Positions 46,634 to 56,818 of a stretch of DNA of 64,000 nt are shown here, piece by piece. The notes beneath the pieces were generated by a model, which was not told the origin of the DNA, searched no databases, and saw only the letters and a program-made list of their open reading frames with translations. The stretch is taken from IMG/VR virus record IMGVR_UViG_3300019742_000001. One strand, written 5' to 3'. The position numbers and the translations under genes were made by a program. Positions within the stretch are counted from its first letter, which is position 1. Each line of letters opens with the position of its first letter. The stretch is from a virus. Its lineage: Duplodnaviria > Caudoviricetes.

Positions 46634-47680
46634 TTACACCTCTTCTATTAAGTTTAGTTCTGCCCAGATTGGATAACCAAATTCTTCAATCAACTCTTTA
46701 TTTGATCGTTGGTTATAGTATGTTTTCATCAACCACTTACCTGATTTGACCTGAACACTGCCGAATTCCTTGTGAGTTTTTTCTTTCTTATATGATTCAA
46801 GATCAAATCCGTAGTCAGCAAACCCTTGATGGTCAACTAATTCAATTCGCCATACATCACAACAAACATCACTTACTTTCTCCCAACCTTCTGGTGTTGG
46901 TATTTCTTCATCACCATAATATGGATCACCATCACCATAATCTTCGTCATCGGCTTCTTCATAATCGTAACAAGGATCACTCTGTGTGACAACCAGTTTA
47001 GTATCACTTACTTTCCATACAGTACAATATGTGTTACCCAATTGACCGTATGCCATATTTCGATTGTCTGCTAACCATTGTGCTGTGTTCTGACGACCTA
47101 ATTCATTACAAATACTGTATTCTCGTTTGTATTGAATATCTTTTGGTAAGTCATCAAATCCTTGGTCATCTTCACAGAAATAATTTGATACTTCAATCAT
47201 ACCTGTAGGGAAATTAACAACCACATCTTCACTTCGTTTTGTCATAACCTCAGTGTATTGTTGTGCCCGATCAATGATTTCATCCCGTGTACAAAATATG
47301 TATTCTTCTATCGGGTGTTGTGTTCCGTCAGCATCAATACGAAATACATCAATCGCATCAACACCTTCAACACGAAACATGTAATATTTTGACTTTTCTC
47401 TTGATTCACCTACTTGTTTGACAATGACCTTACCAACTTGAAATACATCAGTAATCATTTCATCGAATATTGAAAATTGAAGGTGTTTTGTCTTAACATC
47501 AGTTTGAGGTTCACCGCTGGAACCAAGTTCACCCTCGTATTTCTCACCAATTTCATAACATTTAGTGATTACATCCTCTGGTGACGAATAAATGAATCCG
47601 TATTTTGAATTACGAACAATACCACATAGTTCATTCCAATTTTTCGTATACATATTATGCCTTATCCAAGGAGAACTCAT
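46634..47680 (-). CDS. hypothetical protein
   Basis: 348 aa ORF. Confidence 0.75.
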   Translation of the reverse strand: MSSPWIRHNMYTKNWNELCGIVRNSKYGFIYSSPEDVITKCYEIGEKYEGELGSSGEPQTDVKTKHLQFSIFDEMITDVFQVGKVIVKQVGESREKSKYYMFRVEGVDAIDVFRIDADGTQHPIEEYIFCTRDEIIDRAQQYTEVMTKRSEDVVVNFPTGMIEVSNYFCEDDQGFDDLPKDIQYKREYSICNELGRQNTAQWLADNRNMAYGQLGNTYCTVWKVSDTKLVVTQSDPCYDYEEADDEDYGDGDPYYGDEEIPTPEGWEKVSDVCCDVWRIELVDHQGFADYGFDLESYKKEKTHKEFGSVQVKSGKWLMKTYYNQRSNKELIEEFGYPIWAELNLIEEV

Positions 47681-47933
47681 ACCATAAGTTACTATGGATA
47701 TGAAGAACTAGGTTAGTATCATCTTCGTTAACAGTTAATTTGGTTCGTTTCATACGGTCATTGGTAAGATCTTTTTCGAAAATTGCAGCAACTGAACCAT
47801 AACTCTTGATCATGTTCTCGGTACAATCTTGAGCAGTGAAACAGTTTGAAAGGGAATAACAACGAATTGACTTGACTCGTTCAGCGTATGCAGCAAGTTT
47901 CTTACGTGAGTTCCGACGAATGTTTATTGACAT
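47655..47933 (-). CDS. hypothetical protein
   Basis: AAAGGA RBS behind its own promoter. Confidence 0.7.
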   Translation of the reverse strand: MSINIRRNSRKKLAAYAERVKSIRCYSLSNCFTAQDCTENMIKSYGSVAAIFEKDLTNDRMKRTKLTVNEDDTNLVLHIHSNLWYEFSLDKA

Positions 47934-47963
47934 GTTTTGTTCCTTTCGTGTGAGGATTAGAAC

Positions 47964-47992
47964 AGTATAACTATATTCATCCGTGAGGTCAA
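47964..47992 (-). promoter_or_regulatory. sigma70-like promoter
   Basis: TTGACC-17-TATACT. Confidence 0.7.
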
Positions 47993-48188
47993 GAAGTTAT
48001 ATCGTAATCCCAATTAATAAGATCCTGTACCTTTTCCATACACATCTCATCAATTTCTTCAGTTGTCATATTATCCAAATCCTCTTGGTCAATATCAAAA
48101 CTGCGTTCACATTCAGATCCAACCATATTTGTAGATACTCTTACTGTGATTGTTGCCATGTTTTATTCCTTCCGTATGAGGTAAGAAC

Positions 48189-48217
48189 AGTATAGACCCA
48201 CCAATACAAACAGTCAA
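48189..48217 (-). promoter_or_regulatory. sigma70-like promoter
   Basis: TTGACT-17-TATACT. Confidence 0.7.
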
Positions 48218-48220
48218 TAC

Positions 48221-48424
48221 TTATTTTGGTCGATTCATTATTTTAAAGAATAGAATGGGTATAAAAATAAACCAGAATACACACATAAACAAGATTTTAC
48301 ATTCTGACCAACACTTTGACAAGAATGATTTGTTGCCAGTATTCTTTACCTCAGATAATAGAATCAATGACATTATAATACCAATAACATACAAACTAAC
48401 AAGAATAATAAGAGTTGTAGACAT
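48221..48424 (-). CDS. small membrane protein
   Basis: Two hydrophobic segments. Confidence 0.6.
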   Translation of the reverse strand: MSTTLIILVSLYVIGIIMSLILLSEVKNTGNKSFLSKCWSECKILFMCVFWFIFIPILFFKIMNRPK

Positions 48425-48625
48425 TTTTAATTCCTCATTGATTAGAAGTTACAATCTTTACATACAGGACAAAAAACATGATGTTTATGGCCTTCTTTGT
48501 GTTGTTGGTCACATCCCATCAAATGACCTCTTTTACACCTTGGACACAAACCACCCTTTTTGTGGTATTTGTCCCTCTTCTTTCTATTGGCACCTTTTCC
48601 ATCACGATTTGACATGTTTATCTCC

Positions 48626-48865
48626 TTAATCGTCAGGTAAGATCTGTTTTAATTGTCGTAGAAAGTTATCACACTTGGCAATAACATCTTCTCTCAATGG
48701 GAATTCTGCGTAAAGTGAAGTTCTGCGTCGTTGAATATATGAAATATCCATATTAATTTGACTGATAACACCACGTCTTGACCATTTTGATACCAAATCT
48801 GATTTGCCTTGTGTCTCAAGGATAACTGTTTTGTATTCTGATAATCGTTTTGTCGATGGTTTCAT
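48626..48865 (-). CDS. hypothetical protein
   Basis: GGAG RBS downstream of cassette 4. Confidence 0.65.
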   Translation of the reverse strand: MKPSTKRLSEYKTVILETQGKSDLVSKWSRRGVISQINMDISYIQRRRTSLYAEFPLREDVIAKCDNFLRQLKQILPDD

Positions 48866-48875
48866 ATTATCTCCA

Positions 48876-48936
48876 TAAAAAAAGGGTCATCCGTTAAGAC
48901 AACCCCATTCTATCTACTATTCACTTGTAAGTCAAG
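48876..48936 (-). promoter_or_regulatory. promoter-stem-loop cassette, copy 4
   Basis: TTGACT-17-TAGAAT + hairpin + T-run. Confidence 0.85.
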
Positions 48937-48939
48937 ACA

Positions 48940-49530
48940 TTACTCTGTCTCTGTTTTCTTTTTCTTCTTCGTATACTTTCGTTTCTTTTTTGGTTCCTCA
49001 ACTACTTCTTCACCATCAGTAGTTTTCTTTTTCCTCTTTGTATACTTCCTCTTCTTTTTTACTTCTTCAACAGGTTTCATTTGTTGTTCCTCTTCAACCC
49101 GTTCTACAATTACATGTGGATCTTCCTCAACTACTTGTGTTCCAGTGACATACAAGAATACTACATTGGGGTATTTTTGTAAAACCTTTAATCCGTCACG
49201 GATGACACGTTGCCAGATATGAAACTTATTGGCCAAACCACCACCTAATCTTGATATAAGATATGTTTTGTCTGGATTACTCTCAATCTCAGTCATCAAC
49301 AAAGACAATTCCTTCTCAAACACATCTTTGTATTCAATAGATCTATAAAATGCATTTGGTAGTAACGAAGGTCGTTTCTTTGTAATAAAACCATATACAT
49401 TAGGTTCATCTCTAAGGAATGCGGCACCTTTCTTACCCTTACGGAGAAGATTATCACCAAACACAAAAACATGGTTTGGATTTGCTTCTAAATATTCTTT
49501 TGTTATGTCTCTACCTGTTACAGTTTCCAT
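48940..49530 (-). CDS. FVFGDN-motif protein with Lys-rich tail
   Basis: HVFVFGDNL...GFITKK...RLGGGLA; KKKRKYTK twice. Confidence 0.65.
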   Translation of the reverse strand: METVTGRDITKEYLEANPNHVFVFGDNLLRKGKKGAAFLRDEPNVYGFITKKRPSLLPNAFYRSIEYKDVFEKELSLLMTEIESNPDKTYLISRLGGGLANKFHIWQRVIRDGLKVLQKYPNVVFLYVTGTQVVEEDPHVIVERVEEEQQMKPVEEVKKKRKYTKRKKKTTDGEEVVEEPKKKRKYTKKKKKTETE

Positions 49531-49736
49531 TTTATCATTTCATCCTTTTCTATTAATTTCAACTTCTTTAATTTCGATAGTTCTAATGTTTGTTCATATG
49601 ATAAGTAACCTCTAACTTCATCCAGATCCTCTATCTTTTTCTTAAATAACTTGTATTTTTCCATGTGTAGTCTGAACTTAGGGGACTCTCGTTGTGGTGA
49701 ATCCTCTGTTCCAAAAAGTGTTGTGTCCATAAACAA
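49518..49736 (-). CDS. hypothetical protein
   Basis: GGAGG RBS. Confidence 0.6.
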   Translation of the reverse strand: MFMDTTLFGTEDSPQRESPKFRLHMEKYKLFKKKIEDLDEVRGYLSYEQTLELSKLKKLKLIEKDEMIKWKL

Positions 49737-49748
49737 CCTCCTATTTTA

Positions 49749-52517
49749 TTACCCGAAAAAAGCCTTAAATGCTTGATTCTGGCTGAGTATATGTGTCTTT
49801 CCTGCTGGTTCTAATAACATTAACATTTTCTGATGAAGAAACTTGTCTATCATCTTTTCGTAATCTGGTTCCACACCTGCAATATTGAACTCTTTAGGCC
49901 ACCTGTCATACATAATACAATTGATTCTATATGGATTAGGTTTGACATATACCAATTTATTCTTAGTATCTTCTTCTATTTTTGGGTATGTGTCTTCCAA
50001 CTCAAGTTCAGATAGTAATCTATGGTACATTGCAACCGCTCTTACGTGATATGGAGTTCCTTTTATTGGTTCACCGTCAACGATATATTTTGATAAACCC
50101 TTAACACCTTTATTTTCTGATATTTCTTCTGGATATGATGCCTTTGCCAGTTTCTTATGTTTCTTGTATGTTTCTAATATGACATCATCATCTTCATTAC
50201 GTAATACCATCCCTAACATTTCTCTTAATGCTTCACGGAATACGGATGGTGTTTCTGATCTAATGATTTCAAGACCTGTTACATCAATTTTATCACAAGG
50301 ATCACCTTCATCATTAACTACGTGATATCCATACTTCTTTTTCTGGATAAACAATGCTGATTTACACACGATCTCTTGTTTGAATGTGATAGCAAAATCA
50401 TCTTTTGCCATACGTGCATTATATCCTTGTAACTGTGTCTCTTCATAAGCACAATCATTGATATATGTTTCAACAATTTTTGACACTTTTAGGATAACAT
50501 CAATGATGGTTTCCTCTGGTAATACTTTCTTCCAATCACCATCAGGGTTTGTTATCACTTGATCAAGGAAATTCCCTAATGTAATAAAAACAGAGTCAGT
50601 ATCAATATAAGCAACTTGGTCGTTATCAACTACTTTACTGGTATCAACATCACCCAAACGAGATAGTTCTGTTATTGTCTCGTCAGTCAACCAATGACCA
50701 TCTTTGAACCATCTGTTAACGAACTTCTGACCATCAATAATTGAACGTCTACCACAAGATGTTATTGCTTCTGAGATATTGACATTAAAGTAACGGGAAT
50801 ATGGTACACCTGTTACACCATAAGCAGAGTTCAATACGATTTTTAGTGCCCATTGTAGAGCGTAAAGGTTAGCGGCTCTAATTTCGTGTTCTCGTTTATT
50901 CTCTGGATTTCTTGCCCTTGATGCTTTTGCTCTGGCTTCTTTCATCAGGTTTTTGATGTCAGATCTTTTTTTATAGGTTTCTTGTTCTACCTGTGAGAAA
51001 TGACCTCTCTTAGTTTGCATGAACATTGACCCACATGGTGAGACACAAATCAGACCCTTTTCTAATGCCATATTAAACTTGTCTAACTTAACACCTTCAA
51101 TCGTAGTAACACCAGTATCTTTCATCAATTTAAATCTTGGTAGTTTACGTTTTCTTATATACTCAGTGATTGGTGTTTCTAATTTAGCAACCTCTTCAAT
51201 ATCAATCTCATCACGTCCATTGATCATATCAATCATTCTACCATGTTCATCTTCATACGCAATCAAACGACCATAATACGTCTCTGGTGACATATTAAGA
51301 GTGATGATTGCTGTTGGGTAGGATGATGCGATATCAAGGTCTACAACCCAATCATATTGTCCTCGTCGTGGTTCTTTAACGAATGCGGCAGGAAACCATG
51401 TCTGATTACCACCTTCAAGTCGTGGCGCACATAAACCATTACGACGATAGTGAGTCATCATCAGACCCTCTACTAATGGTGTTGCCGCCATATAGTTCTC
51501 CATCTTGGTACGACATAATAGTGCCAAGTTCTGTGCTAGTCGGATATACCCTAACTTATCCTCCAACTCTTCAATTCTCTTATCATCGACCGCATTATAG
51601 TCAACATACAAATTGAAATTCTCATGATATAGAGTTTTAAGGTCAGTGTATTCAGAGTAATCAAGTTTACCAAGCTTCAACTCTTCACGACAAATTGTAT
51701 CCAATTTATAGTTCTCTGGATTCTTTGGTGAATACCACTTATACAGAGCGTAGTAATCCAAGAGAGAAACACCAGCAATATCAAGGTTTAATGCACCTGA
51801 TTCACTGTCTTCCCAACATCTTACGACACTGATAGGTGATAATTTCTTGTACAATACTGATTTAGGTCCGAATAGGTTCTTTGAACGGTTAACGATATAT
51901 GGAAAGTCAAACCCACCACGTTTGTTCATCTTATTATTGGGGCAGATGTTCCAACCAGTTACAACATCAGGGGCATTGTTATGCCACCAATCAAAGTACT
52001 TCTGTAACATTTGAGCCTCATCTAAACATTGAATGTATTCGATGTTCTCTTCATTATCACCTGTATACGGCTTGAATCCCCATGTAATATTATGACCTCC
52101 ACCAAACTCACGGATATTTATAAGGGATATTGGATGTTCTGCGGTATTTGCATGGGGAAACCCCTTTTCAGATTGAACTTCAATATCTAAGGAATAGATT
52201 TTGAGTTTGGGTACTTCGATATCTGCATCAGCAATTGGATGATATTTTTCCGTTAAGAATTGAACATCCTTCGGAACTTCATTCTCATAAATTGTATCTG
52301 CATGATATTTTTGATAATCTGAGTAATCCTTGAACGTACCAAACTTCTTCTGTTGGACAGGAATACCTTCGATTGTTTTGATGATACCATTAGGGTTTTC
52401 TTCATACACGTATGGAACCCAATCAACAATGGTGTAATCATTAACGCCATTCTTCTGTTCCCATAGGTACATTCTGCTTCTTTTATTGTCGTAAAAAACA
52501 TTCTTAAACAAATTCAC
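49749..52517 (-). CDS. family B DNA polymerase (gp43-like)
   Basis: LDIEV, GWN...FD, YNAVD, DLDIASSYP, QWALKIVLNSAYG, YIDTDS. Confidence 0.95.
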   Translation of the reverse strand: MNLFKNVFYDNKRSRMYLWEQKNGVNDYTIVDWVPYVYEENPNGIIKTIEGIPVQQKKFGTFKDYSDYQKYHADTIYENEVPKDVQFLTEKYHPIADADIEVPKLKIYSLDIEVQSEKGFPHANTAEHPISLINIREFGGGHNITWGFKPYTGDNEENIEYIQCLDEAQMLQKYFDWWHNNAPDVVTGWNICPNNKMNKRGGFDFPYIVNRSKNLFGPKSVLYKKLSPISVVRCWEDSESGALNLDIAGVSLLDYYALYKWYSPKNPENYKLDTICREELKLGKLDYSEYTDLKTLYHENFNLYVDYNAVDDKRIEELEDKLGYIRLAQNLALLCRTKMENYMAATPLVEGLMMTHYRRNGLCAPRLEGGNQTWFPAAFVKEPRRGQYDWVVDLDIASSYPTAIITLNMSPETYYGRLIAYEDEHGRMIDMINGRDEIDIEEVAKLETPITEYIRKRKLPRFKLMKDTGVTTIEGVKLDKFNMALEKGLICVSPCGSMFMQTKRGHFSQVEQETYKKRSDIKNLMKEARAKASRARNPENKREHEIRAANLYALQWALKIVLNSAYGVTGVPYSRYFNVNISEAITSCGRRSIIDGQKFVNRWFKDGHWLTDETITELSRLGDVDTSKVVDNDQVAYIDTDSVFITLGNFLDQVITNPDGDWKKVLPEETIIDVILKVSKIVETYINDCAYEETQLQGYNARMAKDDFAITFKQEIVCKSALFIQKKKYGYHVVNDEGDPCDKIDVTGLEIIRSETPSVFREALREMLGMVLRNEDDDVILETYKKHKKLAKASYPEEISENKGVKGLSKYIVDGEPIKGTPYHVRAVAMYHRLLSELELEDTYPKIEEDTKNKLVYVKPNPYRINCIMYDRWPKEFNIAGVEPDYEKMIDKFLHQKMLMLLEPAGKTHILSQNQAFKAFFG

Positions 52518-52538
52518 ACCTTTCCCATTACATATTTA

Positions 52539-52568
52539 AATACCCCTCATATTACCATAAGGGGTATT
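52539..52568. terminator. hairpin upstream of the polymerase gene
   Basis: AATACCCCT...AGGGGTATT. Confidence 0.5.
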
Positions 52569-52581
52569 GTGTGTAAATCAA

Positions 52582-52746
52582 CTATTTAGGGGCTTCTTCT
52601 TCTGAATTAGCAGTTCCTTTTTTCTTTTTCGGACCACCCATATTCTTCCTACCACGACCATTAGTTATAACTTTATCCATAACTGCCGCATCACCATTTG
52701 AATCACCTTCATCTAAATATTTTTTAATTTTCTCCGTGATATCCAT
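52582..52746 (-). CDS. small basic protein with leader-like N-terminus (54 aa)
   Basis: Hand-translated MDITEKIKKYLDEG...PKKKKG; GGAGG RBS. Confidence 0.6.
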   Translation of the reverse strand: MDITEKIKKYLDEGDSNGDAAVMDKVITNGRGRKNMGGPKKKKGTANSEEEAPK

Positions 52747-53332
52747 ATTGCCTCCATTTAATATCTAACTTCTTGTCATACACTTTCAAGAATCTGTGTT
52801 TTTGTGAACGTAATCTCCATTCACCCTTACATCCTTTTACTGAACCTCTTGAATGCTTCTTAAACGTACCGTCTTCCAACTCAAAAAAGAAATCTTTCTT
52901 CTTATCTGTAAGACCATAATAATCAAATCCTAAAGCCTTATAGATAGTACCCTTGTGGTAATCGTTATCGGCGTATGACAGTATAAGTTTAACATCAGTG
53001 TCTTTACGTAGTTGTCGTATTGAACGAGCGACAAACCAACTGGTGATGTTATATTCTGATTCTTGAACATCAGGGTGTATTACTAATCTTGACAGCTCAA
53101 ACAACCCATCTTGTGAGTCATTGAAATTACCACCTAACATACCCTTCAATAGTTCTTTTACTGGTATACCTGTGAATAAACAGGCACCTACAACATCACC
53201 ATTATAGTACAAAGCATAATTATAGCCACTTTTGAACCCTCTCTGTATTTTCGACAGGTAGTGGTGTTCATCCAAAAGTGGCTTAACTTGATCTTTTGTT
53301 GTTAATTTAACCCCAAAATCTTCTTTTGACAT
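52724..53332 (-). CDS. Mom-like GNAT DNA-modification acetyltransferase
   Basis: HHYL, ELSRLVI, SWFVARS, ILSYAD, HKGTIYKALGFDYYG. Confidence 0.75.
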   Translation of the reverse strand: MSKEDFGVKLTTKDQVKPLLDEHHYLSKIQRGFKSGYNYALYYNGDVVGACLFTGIPVKELLKGMLGGNFNDSQDGLFELSRLVIHPDVQESEYNITSWFVARSIRQLRKDTDVKLILSYADNDYHKGTIYKALGFDYYGLTDKKKDFFFELEDGTFKKHSRGSVKGCKGEWRLRSQKHRFLKVYDKKLDIKWRQYGYHGEN

Positions 53333-53337
53333 ATAAT

Positions 53338-54453
53338 TTAATACACTTTTATATACTCAGAACTCAATGATGACATTGATGATGCTGATAGGAACCATGA
53401 GTTCACTAGATCATCAGCCACCCCTTTATTCTTCTCCATAAAGATAGATAATTCAAGAGATTGGATTAGTGACAACCAAAATGTCCATGTATGTTCTGGT
53501 GTTTTTGTATATACATCAGTTGATCTCCCTATCTTATGATCCCAATATGTATTTACTTGACTCTCTGTCCAAGTATACCCTAAATCCTTCCATAACTTGA
53601 GTACGTGACTTCTAAGAACATTTTCTATACCATCGTATACCATCATGTTCTTGATTGATTGTGGGGTAATCTGAGGGATACAGTAATCCTTGATAGATTT
53701 TTTGAAGACGGACGATTGAACTTTACCGTGTCTTGCACCCCCACCTTTAGCACCCATCAGTTCACCAGTAATACTAGCTCCCTTATTGAATGATCTAAAG
53801 TTGATATTGTTTTTGTTAGTTGAGATATTGACACCTGTACCGAAAGGACCATTTTTCTTTGGTGGAACGATACCTTTGTATACAACTGGTTCGTGTTCAC
53901 TAGCAGGTTCAATGTGTGATACTTTTGCACCACCTTTACCAATCTTCTTCAATGAAATACCAACAAATACACCAGATTTCAAGTTGTCTGAGATATAACT
54001 GTTGTATTCCACCAAAGATCTGAAATTTCCACTGACAGATGGGATTTTACTCGCCCATATGTCAGAAGGATTCCATTTATCATCCCCACTGAAACCACCT
54101 TCTTTTTTAAAAGGTTGGAATTGTTTGTAAAGAGTGTTCATAAACCCTCTACCTCTTGAAAAGGTGTAATTACCTTTCAAATAACCAGACTTCACTACAG
54201 CATCAACACTTGCAACCACACTCTTCACGTAATCAGGTCGTTTTTGTGCAAATTCCCATAATTCAGAGGTTGTTGAATCTGTCTCACAATATTTCTGGTG
54301 TGCCTGAGTGAATAACTCCGCATCATTCAGCAGTTGAATTGTTAGTTTACCCTTCAACTGTCGTATAGCAAATCCAACACAAGCAAGACCTTCTTGTAGT
54401 TTAGTTGTTAGGGTATCATTTTTTTCTTCTTTTATATAACTACCTAATCTCAT
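53338..54453 (-). CDS. putative PD-(D/E)xK nuclease with leader
   Basis: MRLGSYIKEE; LQEG...DKWNPSDIW...VGISLKK. Confidence 0.5.
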   Translation of the reverse strand: MRLGSYIKEEKNDTLTTKLQEGLACVGFAIRQLKGKLTIQLLNDAELFTQAHQKYCETDSTTSELWEFAQKRPDYVKSVVASVDAVVKSGYLKGNYTFSRGRGFMNTLYKQFQPFKKEGGFSGDDKWNPSDIWASKIPSVSGNFRSLVEYNSYISDNLKSGVFVGISLKKIGKGGAKVSHIEPASEHEPVVYKGIVPPKKNGPFGTGVNISTNKNNINFRSFNKGASITGELMGAKGGGARHGKVQSSVFKKSIKDYCIPQITPQSIKNMMVYDGIENVLRSHVLKLWKDLGYTWTESQVNTYWDHKIGRSTDVYTKTPEHTWTFWLSLIQSLELSIFMEKNKGVADDLVNSWFLSASSMSSLSSEYIKVY

Positions 54454-54492
54454 TCATATCACCTTTGAGTATTTAATGTATTACGAGATTAT

Positions 54493-55344
54493 TTATGTTT
54501 TAATTTCGTAATTGGTAATAATAAGTTCGTTTTTCATTCGTGATTTCTTACCATCATCAGTCTGTTCAAAAGACATACAGTAACGATACTCTTCATCCTG
54601 AATATAGTAATCTTTGTACCATTCTCTCAACTGTTCGTTATCATTGTAAGTAATCAACCACTTACATTCCAATTTATTGACAGCCTCAAAGAATTCTTTG
54701 TGGTCAAACCCAGCATGGATCTTTCCATCAGGTCCGTATAACATATCTTTAATGTCATATGGGGGGTCAAGGAAGATAAAATCATCAGGTTTTGTCATAT
54801 CAAATAGTTCACGATAATCTGCGTTAGTGATCTTATAATCTTTGATGATTTCTGAAATGATTAATAGTTTTCTGGTGTTATTATCATTGAATGTGTCACG
54901 ATATGCTAGTTTTGACACACCACCCATCATTCCACTGAAACTAATCTTGTTCTTTACGAAGAACGCAACTGCTCGGTCAAGACTATCACCTGTGTCATGC
55001 AACAAGTTCATATCAGTAAATAACAACTTTCCATATTCAGTGACATTATCCTTTGGATATTTTTCACGTATTTCAATACATCTTTTGACTAACTCATCAG
55101 CATTATCCCTAACATTGATCCATAGATTATACAAATCAGTGTATAAGTCGTTGATATGAATGACCCTATCAGGATTAGTCTCTCCTTGGTAAATAGATAC
55201 TACCCCTGATCCAATGAATGGCTCAAAGAATTCACCACTAAATTCAGGAAACATTGCAGTTAACTTCTTAGTTTTTCTTGCTTTACTTCCGGGATATCTT
55301 ACTAATGGTTTTGTTGTAACAGTTTTTGATTTTGCCATAAACAC
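54493..55344 (-). CDS. Dam-family DNA adenine methyltransferase
   Basis: RYPGSK, FFEPFIGSGVV, INDL, FLDPPY. Confidence 0.9.
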   Translation of the reverse strand: MFMAKSKTVTTKPLVRYPGSKARKTKKLTAMFPEFSGEFFEPFIGSGVVSIYQGETNPDRVIHINDLYTDLYNLWINVRDNADELVKRCIEIREKYPKDNVTEYGKLLFTDMNLLHDTGDSLDRAVAFFVKNKISFSGMMGGVSKLAYRDTFNDNNTRKLLIISEIIKDYKITNADYRELFDMTKPDDFIFLDPPYDIKDMLYGPDGKIHAGFDHKEFFEAVNKLECKWLITYNDNEQLREWYKDYYIQDEEYRYCMSFEQTDDGKKSRMKNELIITNYEIKT

Positions 55345-55350
55345 CTCTTT

Positions 55351-55551
55351 TTAATAAAGTCTATCTGCTCTTGCGTGATCGTCATACTCCTTCCGTGAAA
55401 TTTCTACCACTTCAATGAATATTGTATTACCTGTCTCTTGCATTTCCAAGAAATTGTACACCAACCTCATTACACTATCATCCCTTTCACGATAATAGAA
55501 TGGTCCACCATCATAATCTGATATCTTATATGCAAACATTATACGTTCCAT
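55351..55551 (-). CDS. hypothetical protein
   Basis: Coupled ORF. Confidence 0.55.
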   Translation of the reverse strand: MERIMFAYKISDYDGGPFYYRERDDSVMRLVYNFLEMQETGNTIFIEVVEISRKEYDDHARADRLY

Positions 55552-55742
55552 TCACTGTTTTGTTCAAGAGCAACACGAACACATTGAATATATTCACGAT
55601 CTGCTTCATCCAAGACAGTCCAACACTTGGCGATGTTTTCAACGAGATCTTCAACTTGTTTTTTGTTGGTTAGATGATCGTTTTCTTCCATCATTTCTTG
55701 GAGTTTATCCAAACGATCTTCTGTCAATTTTTTAATGCTCAT
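55539..55742 (-). CDS. hypothetical protein
   Basis: Coupled ORF. Confidence 0.6.
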   Translation of the reverse strand: MSIKKLTEDRLDKLQEMMEENDHLTNKKQVEDLVENIAKCWTVLDEADREYIQCVRVALEQNSEWNV

Positions 55743-56515
55743 AATGTCACCACCTTGTTTGGGTTAAAATCACTGTTTTCTATGCCATTTTCGTAATTCA
55801 ACGGATACCCTTGAGGATTACATATAATTCGTGTTTTGTCTACCATATAATCAAAACCGTCATGAGTATGACCGTGAATCCAAAGTTCTGGTTTGTATTG
55901 TTCGATCAAATCTTCCCATCGATTACCAAAACAAACATTTAACGGACTACCCTCAAATTTAGGAGATAATGACTTCGGATGAGGATAGTGATGTGTTACA
56001 ACACATAATCTCATATCTGGATGGTTATGTCTATAATAATGCATCTTTGAAGCAAGAAAAGTCTTAGATTTCCTACCCCATGCAATACCATTAAGATTTT
56101 TTTCATCCATCAGGTCATATATCATACGAAAATCATTTAATCCGTGTTGTACTGTTAACCCAATAGATCCATTTGATTCATCCCACCAACCAGTTGATCC
56201 TATAAACACAACTCCACCAATACAAATATCATCTTCAATGAGAACATGTATCTTATTATTAATATGTTTAATGTATTTCAACTCTTTGTCTAATGTTCTC
56301 CGTGTTGTACCATAATATTCATGGTTTCCAGAAACAAAGATAATTCTCTTACCTGAATCTTCTTGTATACGAACTAGATCATCAGTGATGTTATCACAAC
56401 CTGAAATATCCCCTGATAACACTAATATATCAGCAGGGGTATTAACAATTTCATCATATAATGATGTGATCTGTCCGAATTCAAGATGTAGATCTGAGCA
56501 AATTTGCACTCTCAT
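55739..56515 (-). CDS. calcineurin-like metallophosphoesterase
   Basis: SDLHLEF, SGD, GNHEYY, THH, HGHTH. Confidence 0.9.
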   Translation of the reverse strand: MRVQICSDLHLEFGQITSLYDEIVNTPADILVLSGDISGCDNITDDLVRIQEDSGKRIIFVSGNHEYYGTTRRTLDKELKYIKHINNKIHVLIEDDICIGGVVFIGSTGWWDESNGSIGLTVQHGLNDFRMIYDLMDEKNLNGIAWGRKSKTFLASKMHYYRHNHPDMRLCVVTHHYPHPKSLSPKFEGSPLNVCFGNRWEDLIEQYKPELWIHGHTHDGFDYMVDKTRIICNPQGYPLNYENGIENSDFNPNKVVTL

Positions 56516-56801
56516 ATAATTTCCTTATTTGTTCAACACCCAACCTCATTTTATTTACAGCAGATGGATTTGCTGAATGGATTAAAATGCGTGGTGGAAC
56601 AAAATCATTAATGGCAACTTGTTCCTCAATCCATAAGAGAACATCATTACCTGTACCGATACCATCATCGTCACCCAAATCGTGGTCAAGTGAGATATGG
56701 GTTACTTCCCCTGTCTCTAATAGTGCAATTGCTTGTGATGGATCAAACACACGATACCAATCTTCGGGAGTCTTTCTTTCATCATCAAGAAATACTTTCA
56801 T
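56481..56801 (-). CDS. cyclic-phosphate-processing receiver-domain protein
   Basis: KVFLDDER, SLDHDLG, IHSANP. Confidence 0.8.
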   Translation of the reverse strand: MKVFLDDERKTPEDWYRVFDPSQAIALLETGEVTHISLDHDLGDDDGIGTGNDVLLWIEEQVAINDFVPPRILIHSANPSAVNKMRLGVEQIRKLYESANLLRSTS

Positions 56802-56818
56802 TTATACCACCAATCTTA

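Noticed and set aside
49749-52517. Intein or intron in the DNA polymerase
   Set aside because: The length is typical for gp43 and there are no splice-junction or endonuclease motifs
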